64,000 nt of DNA from Diplonema japonicum (Eukaryota > Protista > Euglenozoa: Diplonemea): positions 186,001 through 250,000 of the forward strand of contig OZ025752.1 in assembly GCA_964019335.1 (NCBI GenBank), written 5' to 3'. The first letter of the stretch is position 1. Each line of letters begins with the position of its first letter. The position numbers were made by a program, and so were the translations under genes. The notes beneath the pieces are model-generated. The model worked only from the letters and a program-made list of their open reading frames with translations, did no database searches and was not told where the DNA came from. Below are positions 1-10,949 of the stretch, in pieces.

Positions 1-1797
1 CTGGGCTATGAGGTGAAGGGGTGCACGGAGCTGTGGTACGATGGGGCTGTGGTGGCAGAGGGAGGGGACAGCAGCTTCTGCGGGCTGACGGGGATCAGTG
101 CAGGCGACGAAGTGCAGGCCGTCTACTCCAATGCGAAGATGAAGGAAGAATTCAAGACAGGCAAGGTCCCCTTCGACCACACTTCCCCTGATGTGATGCG
201 AGGCGATGCTGAGATCGCTCTTCTCGCAGCGCAGAGGAACCCAGGCTTGTTGAGGCACGCCCTCCCCTCCCTTAGGGGGGACAAGGGCTTTATGCTGTCT
301 GCATGGAAGGCTTTCAGGTATTCCGATATCCTTCGCCATGCCACCCCCGAGCTCCTCGACGACGCTGGCTTTGCGGCCGACGCCATCAAGGCAAAACCAT
401 TTGACAATCTTCTTAACTTTTCCAGGAGGTTGCAGACCGACCCGAGAGTGTGCCTTCTCCACAAGGCCACGAAACAGCGATTGCTCCCCGACCCTGTCCT
501 TTCTGACGACACGGAGGTCGCCATGCTTCAGATCAAGATGTGGAGCAGGCCACAAACTAGTTGTAGGAGGGGAACCCCGTCACGGAACCATTCCGGTAAC
601 CGCAACCACGAGTGCTGTCTGCAGCATGTCTCTGAGCGTCTGCAGGGTGACAAGGAGTTGGTGCTGGCTGCTGTGGAGTATGACGGGATGAGCTTGAAGC
701 ACGCAGCGGAGCCCTTGAGGAACGACCCTGATGTTGTTCGTGCAGCTTTGCAGCAGAATGGGATGGCCTTGGGTTTTGCATCTGAGAAGGAAGAGGAAGA
801 GGAAGCCACACAGAGCTACAAGAATATGCGAGTGGTAGCCCTTCGTTCACTGTGCATACGACGCATGGTCACTGTCCCACCAGACACCCTCAAGCCTGGG
901 CTTGTGAAGCTGCTAGAGCAGTATGACGACAAGAAAAGGGAAGAGAACAAAGCGAAGGCAAAGGGAAAGGAAGAAGAGAAGGCGAAAGCAAAAGAAAAGG
1001 GGGGAGAGAAAGAGAAAGCCGTTGGGGAAAAGAGAGAGCTGGATGGAGACCAACCCCCTGCAAAGAAACCTAAAACAGAAGTGGTGGATGGGTCCTTCAG
1101 AAGCAACCCGGAGTTTGCGATGTTGGCGGTGAAGCAGGACTGGATGGCCGTTTGCCACCTCACAGGTGCGGCGAGGGACAGCAAGGAGGTGGCATTGGAG
1201 GCTGTTAAGGCAGATACAAGTGCTTACGGTTACCTACCAAAGCGACTTCAGGAAGACAAGGAAGTGGCTGTGGCGACAGTGAGTACGAACGGATTGTATG
1301 TGCAGCACCTCCTAAAGAAGCTGAAGAAGGACAAGTGTGTGGTGCTGGCGGCAGTGAAGCAGAACGGGACTGCATTGAAGTGTGTGAAGCAGTACTTCGA
1401 TGACGACAGGGATGTGGCCTTGGTGGCTTGCATCAGCGGCGGGTGGCCTTACCTCTCCGACAGGCTGAAGGGGGACAAGCAGCTCGCGATGAGGGCAGTG
1501 GCGCACAATGGAAAGCTCTTTGAGAAGCTCAGCCCAGAGCTTCGGAGCGATAAGGACGTGGCACTGATCGCTGTGAGGAGGATGGCAATGCTCTCCACGT
1601 CCTGCGGACGCACCGCCTTGAAGATGGTGGGGGAGAACCTGGCACCATTACTGGAATTTGCTTATGCTGCACTGAACATGTGCGGCTGCAGAGGAGCTGA
1701 TGAACTCATGCAAAACGTGTTGCGCAGCACCCTGCCAGAAGGAGAACAAATGCCAACTTCTGATAAATCTGAGTCCAAAGAAGAAGGGGAAGACTGA
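1..1797 (+). CDS. DUF4116-repeat protein (5' end outside window) with ubiquitin-like remnant and inserted SAP-like segment
   Basis: Frame is open from base 1. Repeated units such as 'LQHVSERLQGDKELVLAAVEYDGMSLKHAAEPLRNDPDVVRAALQQNG' are typical of DUF4116. Stop at 1797. Confidence 0.8.
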   Translation: MGYEVKGCTELWYDGAVVAEGGDSSFCGLTGISAGDEVQAVYSNAKMKEEFKTGKVPFDHTSPDVMRGDAEIALLAAQRNPGLLRHALPSLRGDKGFMLSAWKAFRYSDILRHATPELLDDAGFAADAIKAKPFDNLLNFSRRLQTDPRVCLLHKATKQRLLPDPVLSDDTEVAMLQIKMWSRPQTSCRRGTPSRNHSGNRNHECCLQHVSERLQGDKELVLAAVEYDGMSLKHAAEPLRNDPDVVRAALQQNGMALGFASEKEEEEEATQSYKNMRVVALRSLCIRRMVTVPPDTLKPGLVKLLEQYDDKKREENKAKAKGKEEEKAKAKEKGGEKEKAVGEKRELDGDQPPAKKPKTEVVDGSFRSNPEFAMLAVKQDWMAVCHLTGAARDSKEVALEAVKADTSAYGYLPKRLQEDKEVAVATVSTNGLYVQHLLKKLKKDKCVVLAAVKQNGTALKCVKQYFDDDRDVALVACISGGWPYLSDRLKGDKQLAMRAVAHNGKLFEKLSPELRSDKDVALIAVRRMAMLSTSCGRTALKMVGENLAPLLEFAYAALNMCGCRGADELMQNVLRSTLPEGEQMPTSDKSESKEEGED

Positions 1798-2049
1798 ATC
1801 CTGAAAGAATTAAAAAAAAAAAGTATTTTTTTTTTTTTTGACACCGGTAGTTTCTTTTTAGAGAATCGAGCCCTCCCTTTAGCCTATTTGGGCGATTGCA
1901 TTCTCTTGACCTGACAATCCTGTCACTTCTCCCACTCCATTTTTAGATTCTTTTTCCTCAATATATTCTTCTTTATAAAAGCGGCCTTTAATTGTGTAGT
2001 ACCAAACGGTCAACAATCTGGTTTTTTTTTTTTTTTTTTTTTTTTTAAG

Positions 2050-3840
2050 GAGCGGCACTGCGAAGTGCGGGAAGCTGGAGGCGGCGCAGCGGGCTGCTGG
2101 TGGGGTGTTCGAGACAATGACAGCGGAGTGGGCTGTGCGGCAGGTGGAGGGGGCGACCGAGCCCTATCTTCGGCTGTACACTCTGGAGAGCCCCTTGTGC
2201 TACGGCGTGAACGCGGCGATGCGTGAGGTGGCGTTCCGCGGGGAGCGACAGCGCTACGAGCCGATGAAGGACTTCGCCTATTCCCTGCACCGAGCAATGG
2301 CATCGCAGCCGAAGTACGAGGGGACCGTGTTCCGTGCAGTGGACTTCCGGGTGAGCGAGTCACTGTACTCTGTGGGGGCGGTGGTGACGATGCCGCACCC
2401 CACGAGTGCAAGCGAGGACCCTGGGGTGGTGAGGGACTTCCTTGGGACGAAGAAGGGCGGCGGTGGTGGCCACGACGGCGAGGTGCAGGGGACGATCCTC
2501 GTGCTGCGGGTGCTGTCGGGGCGGAGCATCGCTCGCTTCAGCCGCTTCCCCGAGAAGGAGGTTCTGATCGCAGCGAACACCCAGTTCCGGGTGGTGGGGC
2601 ACCCTGACATCGGTGTGATGCGTCTGCTGGAGGTAGCTCTCGACACAAGCTTGCACAACCCCCTGAGACCAACGATGGGGCTCTCCTACCCGTCATATGG
2701 TAGCTGAGACTAGCCAGGCTCTCCTGCAAGGTAGCCTTTCACGCATTCTACGACATCTCACACAACATGGATGCAGCCCACGCCTTCGACGGGAGCGGTC
2801 GCCCCTCCACCACCCCTTTTGACGACGATGGAGCCCTGGGTGCCGTCAGGCGCAAAACAGTAGCAGGACTACATCAGGGCGGGGCACCTCTTTTTCTTGC
2901 ACGCGAACGACAACAACTGTCCATCAAAGTCTGCTGTGGACCGATATCCAGGGACACCCGCGAGGTCGGGGGGGCATCACGAGAGGCCGCACGTACCAAA
3001 AGCTTGCGTCGCGTGGTGGTGGTGGAGCTGCAGGAAATCGACTTCGATCACTGGGGCAGGCTTGAAGACGTCATGACACAGGTGGAGCGGGTCCGCAACG
3101 CGAAGCTGCTCGACACGATCAAGACGAAGCTCAAAATGACAGAAAACTATTAAGTCGGGCTATTTTGACCTCCATCCAATGACGCTCGAAGGAAGGTTTG
3201 TAGGCTACCCGCGAACGGGAGCCACGACAATGCGGCGGTGCTGCTGAGCAAGGGTGCGAACCTTGCGGGCTTGCCGAAGGAGCTGCGCACAGCAGGTGTC
3301 GGGCTGCTTGTGTGTATGCAAGCGGGCGGTGTTGAACAAGGTGGTGCAGGCGCTTGGCGACACGTTTTGGGGAGCGCACAACGAAAAGGGCCCGCGGCAA
3401 GGTTGGACAATACTGCATGCGGCGGCCGCAAGGAATCGCGCTGACCTTCTGAAGGATGTCCTCCCTGGCGGCGGATACGGTGGATGCGTTTGGCAACACT
3501 GTGTGCTTTGTCGCCGCTGCACTCACACGACTGCGTGGACGCATTGCTCATCCTCATCACGGAAGGAAAAACTGACGTGAACAAGGCCCTCAACAACGGT
3601 GTTACCCCATGTTATATGGCGTGAACAAGGATGAGAACGACGGCGCTACCCCATGTTACATAGCGGCTTTCAGTGGCGTTGCGCATCCTCATCACTGAAG
3701 GAAAAGCGGATGTGAACAAGGCCAACAACGAGGGTATTACCCCGTGTTACATTGCTGCTCAGGTGGGTCACCCCGATGCATTGCGCATCCTCATCAAGGA
3801 AGGAAAAGCTGATGTGAACAAGGACTTCACACCGGTGTGA
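2050..3840 (+). pseudogene. Disrupted ADP-ribosyltransferase (R-S-E type ART) plus ankyrin-repeat gene
   Basis: ART motifs YT, VFRAV, TSAS and PEKEVL in 2105-2654. Ankyrin repeats (GWTILHAAA, GVTPCYMA, GITPCYIAAQVGHPDALRILIKEGKADVNK) in 3400-3840. There are frameshifts, stops and a 345-bp insertion. Confidence 0.75.
2655..2999. mobile_element. 345-bp insertion with 8-bp direct repeat (putative TSD), unclassified
   Basis: AAGCTTGC at 2647-2654 and 3000-3007. Removing the insert plus one repeat restores ...ALDTSL-RRVVVVELQEID. Confidence 0.7.
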
Positions 3841-4170
3841 AGCCCACGTCTCTTGCAATATCATTTCAAAAGCCCACAACACCACTTGTCCTCAGCGAGG
3901 TGTACTTCTTTGACTTAACCATCATCATAAAAGAAAGGGGAAAAAAAAAGAAAAAAAAGAAAAAGAAAAAAAAAAAAAAAAAAAAACCATCAGTCAAGGA
4001 AACAAAGACCTACGGCCCAAAGCGGTTAGAAACAGCCAAATGGAAAAAACCGGAAATTTACAACAACATTTGAAGTAGGCATTCTTAACGTCTTGCAACT
4101 AAAGTCATTTCCAATTATTTTCTTTCGTTGGTTCAATCCTGTCAGGCCAACTTTCAGGTGGCGGTTTTTT

Positions 4171-4300
4171 GATAACATGGAAATATAAGAAGTGCATCAG
4201 ATGTGTTGTTTGCTGTTGACCTCCTCTTCGGTCATCACTGGTAGCGCCCGAGTGGAAGAACGTATTGCAGATGCTCAGGGTGACGAACAGGCAGCAAACT
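4171..4300 (+). repeat. Dispersed repeat, copy A
   Basis: The 49-bp core 4252-4300 matches 27906-27954 with 1 mismatch, and similarity is looser upstream. Confidence 0.85.
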
Positions 4301-4308
4301 CGTTCCAA

Positions 4309-4514
4309 GATTTTTTTCAAGCCCGCTAGGTTTTTTTTTTTCCTAAGGGGAGATTCAACATGCCAAATCGTTCCAAGATTTTTTATTTGGCATGTTATAA
4401 TTTCCCTTAGGAAACTCACGACCCAGAAAGCCTCTCCAGAGCGTGCAAGGTTTTGGCGTGTTAAAATTTCCCTTATGAAAAAAAAAAAAAAAAAGGGGGC
4501 TTGAAAAAAAAATC
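4309..4514. mobile_element. MITE/foldback-like element with ~60-bp imperfect inverted repeats
   Basis: Left arm GATTTTTTTCAAGCCC..TTTCCTAAGGGGAGATTCAACATGCCAAA mirrors right arm TTTGGCGTGTTAAAATTTCCCTTATGAAA..GGGCTTGAAAAAAAAATC. A third partial copy lies at ~4388-4414. Confidence 0.65.
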
Positions 4515-5060
4515 GCCGTTAGTCCGGGTTCCGTCACCGTAGGCCTTCGGCCTCGTCACCAGTTAAGAACTAGTGTTGCGATAAATTCATTATTGTGGTG
4601 TTTGGTGAGACACGCGCGTCTTGGCTAATTCCATCTTATACTTACTGCTACGCGTAGCCGAATATCCTGCTATTTTCGATGCCTGGTTGGCTCAGAACAC
4701 GTTCCTCGGGTGCACAGTGACAACGACAAGGGTACCGTAAGCACCGTAGAAGACCCCTCTGGAAGATGTAAGTCACCTTTATTGTTTTTTGTTTATTGGG
4801 ACTATAATCTCGAGATTATCCCCGTTTTCCCTGGAGGCGATACCTTGGTCTCATGCCAGCGAGGCTGACCTGGCTGACATTGCATACGGCTGAGCGTACT
4901 GTCTTCCCACTCTGTCCACTCAATTCCGTTTACTTGTTCTTCTCCCGAGCTGCCCTTTAGGCCTGCTAATGATGTCTATCCTTTCAGTCACTTCATTTTT
5001 TCGTCCCCTGAGACCTCAACATTTAAAATAGACAAAACAGGGATACACATAAAAGGAAGA

Positions 5061-6069
5061 ATGTCGGACGCCTTGGAGTACGGTGTCAATGAGTTTATGA
5101 TGTTCTCAATGACGGGTATGATAAACAACAAAAAAAAAAAAAAAAAACCAGCTCGCGCCGAGTTCACATCCGGACAGGAGTCGAGAGAAGTGAAAGTCGA
5201 GATAACAAATGAAGCTGTGAGGCTCAGGATGGGAGAAGGAGAGGAGGATGAAAAGGTAATGTAACAATTCCCCACATCCAACACAGTACGAGCACAGCAC
5301 GTCTCCCTCCTGGGAGGTTAAAGGCGATTATGAAAAGGACGCAGGGGGAAGGGTCTATCAGGTACAGCACATCTACCTCGGAGAAGAAGGGGACTTCTAC
5401 CTCAAGGTCAACAACCTTGCACAGGGGACAGTCTTTGAGAACATTCTGTACTACTTCTTCAACAGCAACAGAATTGGATCGCCGAAGTGGGCATCGAGGG
5501 AACTATTTGTGGACTCTGAAGGGCTTATCAAGTTGGGTGAAGGGCAAGCATTGCAAGCACTGCACTGCGCTGGTACCACGTACCCGAACAAGGAACACAA
5601 AGAACAGCTGAAAAAAAGCATGTTGTCTGACATACTGCGCAGGACACTTCAGAAGGAGCACCGTGACAAGAGGTTCAACGATGAGAGGCTGAAGGGGCTC
5701 ATCAACGAGAAGGGGTTCAACGCCAAGCAAGCCATCCTTGACGAGATGTGTGCGGAGAAGGAGAACCTCGCAAGCAAGCTTCCCGCTGCTGTGATGGAGA
5801 TTTATGACAGTGACGTTGTTGCGTACAACGATATGGCACAGCTGCACAAGCTAGCCATCTTCCACCAGAACGACAAGGCCAAGATCAAGGAGAGCTACAG
5901 CCCCTTCCTCAACCCCGACACCAGCGTACGGGCAAGGGCCCTCCGTGACCTCCACCCGGAGGCCATACAGGAAGCTGACCTCCTCTTCCTCGGGGAGCTC
6001 CTTGAAGACCTCCCCGAAGACCTTGCGCTCGTGGCACTCAAACGGTCCAAACACAGCTACTCGGCTTGA
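5061..6069 (+). CDS. Hypothetical protein, 3 exons, ~313 aa (introns 5116-5151, 5256-5286)
   Basis: Removing two GT-AG micro-introns joins ORF 5061 to the open frame upstream of ORF 5509-6069 (…GEEDEK|YEHSTSPSWEV…). Spliced length is 942 nt. Confidence 0.75.
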
Positions 6070-6354
6070 TTGTCGGTCCATATCCTGCCCTCCCTACCTC
6101 TGCCTAGCATCCGCACAGATGCTGTTTATTTTCCTCGCGGCACAAACAGCTTGCGCCACATTGAAATCTTATCGAGAGTTTTATACCCTCTCCCTCCCAC
6201 TCTTTTTTTTTTTTTTTCAGGCCCTTCTTCATGAATGGCTCAAACTTATTTTCATTCGGTTTTTTTTTTTTTTTCTCCTTTATTTGTTTAGTTGGAACGA
6301 AGGTTTATTAAGTAAAAATACAACATTATTCATCGGCTTACAAAAGGTGAGAAT

Positions 6355-7578
6355 ATGGCGTTGTTCAAGTGGTCGGTGCCCGAGGCGGTCGCGGGGGTGG
6401 GGCAAGGGCTCGGCATGCTGGTGGTGCTGTCGGCCGAACCGTCAACACTGCTCGAAAGCGAACACGCAGTCTCCGTTCTGAAAAACCTGCCCGTGAGGTG
6501 TCTAAAACTCCGGGAAGGTTCCCAGGACTACGACAACTTCAAGGCGATGTTCCCCACCGCGGGACCCGACGAGGTCCTCCTGGTAAAAGGCGCCGGGGCA
6601 ATCGCTTGGAAACTGACCCACCCTACAGAAGACGAAATCCTCAAAAAAATGTCGGAAAATCGAGTAAAAGAACTCTCGACCAAGGCTGAGTTCAACACAC
6701 AAATAGCAAAACCGACAATAACGGTGGTGGACTGGCACGCGGTGTGGTGTGCACCGTGCAAGCTAGTCGCTCCGGAATTTTCCAGCCTCGCAGAAGCGAA
6801 CCCTTCCATTTGCTTTCTCAAGGTGGACGTTGATGCGTTTAAGGAGCTTGCTGAAGCTCACTCTGTGACAGCAATGCCCACATTCACTGTTTTCCGAGGA
6901 GGAAAGGCCCTGATGTCAAAAACAGGAACGAACCTAGACGGGGTCAAACAATTTCTCGCGCAAATTGACGACACGCAGGAGGTGAAGATCGATTGGGGTG
7001 AAACAGAGGTTGAAAAAGAGGAAGAGGAGCCAAAAATAACGAAAACGAAGACACCGGTAGTGCGGGAGCCAGCACCAGAACAACAACAGCCTCCACCACC
7101 GAGGAGAAAGCTGGATACTGACGTGTCGAAATTGTCCATCAGGCTCTTGAATGGCGAGAATATAAGAAGAGAGTTCAGTTCTAAACAGACCCTTGATGAT
7201 GTGCGTGCGACTCTTTCTGAGGTAGAGGCTAGTAAGTTCACATTTACCACCACTTTCCCCCACCGGGTTTATAGTTCTGTTCAAGAGGGTCTTTCTCTTC
7301 AAGACTGTGACTTGGTTCCCTCTGGCACTTTAATCCTCAAAGGTCTAGATCCCCCTGGCGCCGGCGCGTCTGGGTCTAAGGAACACACAGGGCCGGTTGG
7401 GTGGGGTGCTTGGCTTGGTTCTTTTTTCACTGGGCCCTCGCAGCCTCCTCCCCCCCAGTATGCCCCGCCTCCCCCCACCCGTGCCCCGCAGCAGCCTGAT
7501 CGTCCTATCCAAAGGCACGGGGGGGACAAAGATGAGCAAGACCGCGACAATGGGAACGGTACCGCGTTTCAATATTGA
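6355..7578 (+). CDS. UBXN4/PUX11-like UBX protein with an internal thioredoxin domain (WCAPC)
   Basis: Trx motifs VVDWHAVWCAPCK, FLKVDVD and AMPTF. UBX motifs LSIRLLNGE..F, TTFPHR and DLVPSGTL. Hydrophobic GWGAWLGSFF and C-terminal DNGNGT resemble the UBXN4 family. Confidence 0.8.
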   Translation: MALFKWSVPEAVAGVGQGLGMLVVLSAEPSTLLESEHAVSVLKNLPVRCLKLREGSQDYDNFKAMFPTAGPDEVLLVKGAGAIAWKLTHPTEDEILKKMSENRVKELSTKAEFNTQIAKPTITVVDWHAVWCAPCKLVAPEFSSLAEANPSICFLKVDVDAFKELAEAHSVTAMPTFTVFRGGKALMSKTGTNLDGVKQFLAQIDDTQEVKIDWGETEVEKEEEEPKITKTKTPVVREPAPEQQQPPPPRRKLDTDVSKLSIRLLNGENIRREFSSKQTLDDVRATLSEVEASKFTFTTTFPHRVYSSVQEGLSLQDCDLVPSGTLILKGLDPPGAGASGSKEHTGPVGWGAWLGSFFTGPSQPPPPQYAPPPPTRAPQQPDRPIQRHGGDKDEQDRDNGNGTAFQY

Positions 7579-8007
7579 GAGGGGAGGAGAGAGTGTTTTT
7601 TTTTTTTTTTTTTTTTTTTTTTCTTTTTTCTTTTTTTTTTAAATATTCACTGGCCACATCTTTTTCTTTAAAAAATTTGATTTTGAAAAAAAAAAAAAAA
7701 AAAAAAGAAGAAGAAGAAGAAAGAAAAACAAGAATGATTTTTTCAGTCTTTTTTTCAATATTTTTTAACCCCCCTCACCCAGTTCTTATTTAACCCCGAG
7801 CGTCTTCTTTCTCTTATCTCCAACCGTCCCAAGCAGCCCGTCTGTTCTATCGTTGTGCTGTACAACTCCCATTTCCTTAGGTCTCAGCTCTATGTGAAGT
7901 ATCGTATCTGTGTGGAGCCGCCTTTACCTTCTCCGTGCGGAAGTTCCCCGGATTGTGATTTTTTTTTTATATTTATACCCCCCCCAGGCATTGAATGACA
8001 ACACTAT

Positions 8008-8958
8008 ATGCCGTCAGTGGCACTGTTGTTGATTATCCTCTCTGCGGGCTGGCTGTGTCTGGGTGATGTGACCTGTTCGAACGACTGGCAGTGCAGATAC
8101 AATGGGGATGCCTCGGCACAATGCGTAGCCGCGGCATGTACGTGCGGGGTCGGCAAGGGCCCGTCGTGCCTGAGCCGTGCTCCCATCCCGACGACGGCTG
8201 TGGTGCTCGGGTGGGACGGCGTGGCCTGCTCGCAGTACCACACCACCCACGAAACCACCATTGTTGACCTTGTCATGTCAGCTGCACAGCCAGCCACTCG
8301 TCTACGCAGCACTTCCGTCTGCACGGGAAACGTACTGGCCATCGGTATCGTCATGACCTCCTCGCAGGAATCGTCGGAAAGCCTAAGCGTGAGCGTTTTC
8401 AATTTGCTGAGTTCGGACAACAGGTACGGTTCTGCGTATGCGTTTCTCAGAGGCCCGCCGAGCACGGTGAAGCGTACCCCTGGTGCGGGGGATGCTTGCC
8501 CTGCGGACAACAGTGTAGAAACCCTCACACTGCTGTCTCTGTGCAATGCGCTCGTCTGCTCGCCTCACTCGAAACATTACCACAGCACAAGGTCCGCCGA
8601 CTACTGCCACATCGATAAGTCCTCCTCCACCTTCGACGGCCGAAGCGGCTACGGTATAATGACCGCCATCGTCCTCACCTCTTTCCTAGCATCTGTCGTT
8701 ACGCTTTACTACTGCCTTCGGTACAAATATCCTGAATTCGGCCGTCCCACTATGAAACAAATGAGTACCGAGGATAAACAAAAAGCCCGTGAAGCACACA
8801 TTGAACGAATCCGTCTGTGGGAGATGGAGAGGGCTGGTGGCGAGGATGCGGGTGCAGAGGAAATGAAGGAAGAAAGCGGAAACGAAGAAGAGGTGGAAGA
8901 GGGACGGGATGAAGAAAAAGAGGGAGGAGAGAAGAGGAACGAACCTGTTTCGGTTTAA
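8008..8958 (+). CDS. Type I membrane protein with Cys-rich ectodomain
   Basis: N-terminal signal peptide, EGF-like Cys cluster, TM segment IMTAIVLTSFLASVVTLYYCL and acidic tail. Confidence 0.75.
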   Translation: MPSVALLLIILSAGWLCLGDVTCSNDWQCRYNGDASAQCVAAACTCGVGKGPSCLSRAPIPTTAVVLGWDGVACSQYHTTHETTIVDLVMSAAQPATRLRSTSVCTGNVLAIGIVMTSSQESSESLSVSVFNLLSSDNRYGSAYAFLRGPPSTVKRTPGAGDACPADNSVETLTLLSLCNALVCSPHSKHYHSTRSADYCHIDKSSSTFDGRSGYGIMTAIVLTSFLASVVTLYYCLRYKYPEFGRPTMKQMSTEDKQKAREAHIERIRLWEMERAGGEDAGAEEMKEESGNEEEVEEGRDEEKEGGEKRNEPVSV

Positions 8959-9459
8959 GCTTTTTTTTTTTTTTTTTCTCTGCCACCTTACCATCTCTCA
9001 AATTGATTTCCCTTTTTTTTGTCCCCCTTTTTTTGTTTCTCTCTTCTTTCTTTGCCGTTAACGTTAGCTATCTTGTTCGTTTGTATTTAACCTCTTTTTC
9101 AACCCTCTCTCCCCCCCCCCCCCCCCCCTTTACGCATATTGTGTCAGCGATTTTTTTTGGTTTTACAGAACGGATCTTTGACTGTTTGGACAGAAAAAAG
9201 ATTTTTTTTTGAGACAATGCATTTCTTTGGAATATGATCGCCATGAGGTGGCGGGAAAAAAAAGAAAAAGAAAAAAAGAACAACAAAAACAACAAAAAAA
9301 AAAAAAAAAAAAAAAAAGAAACAAACCAGTCCTCCTTTTTTTTTCCTCTCTCTTTTTACAACCCACCTAACATACCAAAAAAAAAAAAGGAGGGAGGGTG
9401 GTGGTGGGAGAGGGTGGGGGTGAGAAGAAGGAGAAAAAAAAAAGAGGGGGAAAAAAAAA

Positions 9460-10524
9460 ATGGGCTGCTGCGGGGGAAGAAACGTAGTGCCCGAGGAAGA
9501 CGAGCTGATGGAGAAGATGCTGGCGAGGGAAAAAGAAAGAGCAGCAGAGCAGCAACCCATCGCCGCGGCAGCGAAAAAGAACAGCGAGGAGAACGCCACC
9601 GCTGAGGACAAGCCGAGTGAAGCTACGGTCCCGGCACTGCCAGACATACGGGAAGTGGTAAGCCAAGGCGGCGACGAATCTACGGAAAGCAGCATACCGC
9701 TAGAGGGTACAATGGGGAAGTGGAGGGCACAGTCCGCAACTGGCGCTCTTGCTGCCAATGGTGCCTACGTTGAAGGCTTGGTGGAGGACGGCCTTCTCTC
9801 AGAAACCGGGAACGATAGAAGGGTCTCATTTGCAGCCTCCTCCCCGCCAGCTCCTTCACTGACCCCTTCTCCCGCTTCCCGTCCTCTTCCATCAACGGCT
9901 ACTCCTAATGTGCAGCCAATGTCCCTGCAGCCATTATCTGTTACAAGGTGTTCGGCATGTTTCACAGCTTTGCCAGCACCTAATATGACTTTTTGCGGGT
10001 ACTGTGGTGCGGCAGTGTCGTCAGCCGGTGATGGGTACTCACCGCCTCGTAGTGTGCCGCCCTTTGTCGAGCCGCCTGCTGTGACATTTACTCTTCCGGA
10101 ACCCCCTCCTCTGCCTAGGTTGGACGTTGATGATGGATTTTACGACAGTGCAGCACCTCCTAGTATAAAAGTGGCTGAGAAACTGCTTCAGGAGGCAGTG
10201 CGGACAGCAGGGGAGATCGAGCGGGAACTGGAGTATCAAGACAGGCTGGCGAGGAGCTTGCAAGTTCAAGAGCTTCAGCACCAGCAGACGTTTCTCCAGC
10301 AGCCGCATCAACACCAGCAACAGCATCTACGTTCCGTCCTCGCGCAGCTTATTAAGGAGCGGCGGTTGCTCCAAGAAGCCATGGTGCAACTCCCGGAGGG
10401 GCACCCCGAGGGCAAGGTGTACGCATTGTCGCTGGCAGAGCGCGACCAGACCATCGAATTGCTGCAGCAGAAGCTTCAGAACGAAGGGTTTTCCCCACGG
10501 CGGCAGCACGCCTTTGCAGTATAA
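9460..10524 (+). CDS. Hypothetical protein with dual-acylation N-terminus, zinc ribbon and coiled coil
   Basis: Starts MGCCGG, contains CSAC..FCGYCG and a Gln-rich coiled coil. Confidence 0.75.
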   Translation: MGCCGGRNVVPEEDELMEKMLAREKERAAEQQPIAAAAKKNSEENATAEDKPSEATVPALPDIREVVSQGGDESTESSIPLEGTMGKWRAQSATGALAANGAYVEGLVEDGLLSETGNDRRVSFAASSPPAPSLTPSPASRPLPSTATPNVQPMSLQPLSVTRCSACFTALPAPNMTFCGYCGAAVSSAGDGYSPPRSVPPFVEPPAVTFTLPEPPPLPRLDVDDGFYDSAAPPSIKVAEKLLQEAVRTAGEIERELEYQDRLARSLQVQELQHQQTFLQQPHQHQQQHLRSVLAQLIKERRLLQEAMVQLPEGHPEGKVYALSLAERDQTIELLQQKLQNEGFSPRRQHAFAV

Positions 10525-10914
10525 AAGAAGAAAAAAAAAAAAAAAGAAGAAAGAAATATGGTCGCGTTTTTCTTTTGGCTTTGTTTCCAACAGGGGGGAC
10601 CGGGAAAAAGAAAAAAAAATAGTTTTACAAAACTTAAAAGAATCCTCGTCAAAATGTCATTTGTTTTTGGTCTGTTTTCCCTTAGTCACTGTGTGTCTGT
10701 ATAGGGTGGTTGTGGTTTCGCGCTGCCTCGCCAAACGTATAAAAAAAAAAAAAAGAAAAAAGAAAAACGCAATCATATGGACAACAAAAGGAACAAAAAA
10801 AAAATAGATTTGTACACTTATATTTATTTTTATATTTTTGTGTTTTTTAATGGGGGGGGAGGGGTCAAAGTTCACAACACTGAAACCAGCAACGAAACAA
10901 ACCAAACACACAAA

Positions 10915-10948
<34 letters not shown>

Positions 10949-10949
10949 G

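Noticed and set aside
4541-4575. AGGCCTTCGGCCT hairpin followed by CTAGT as a Helitron end
   Set aside because: No 5' end or empty site is visible, so the evidence is too thin.
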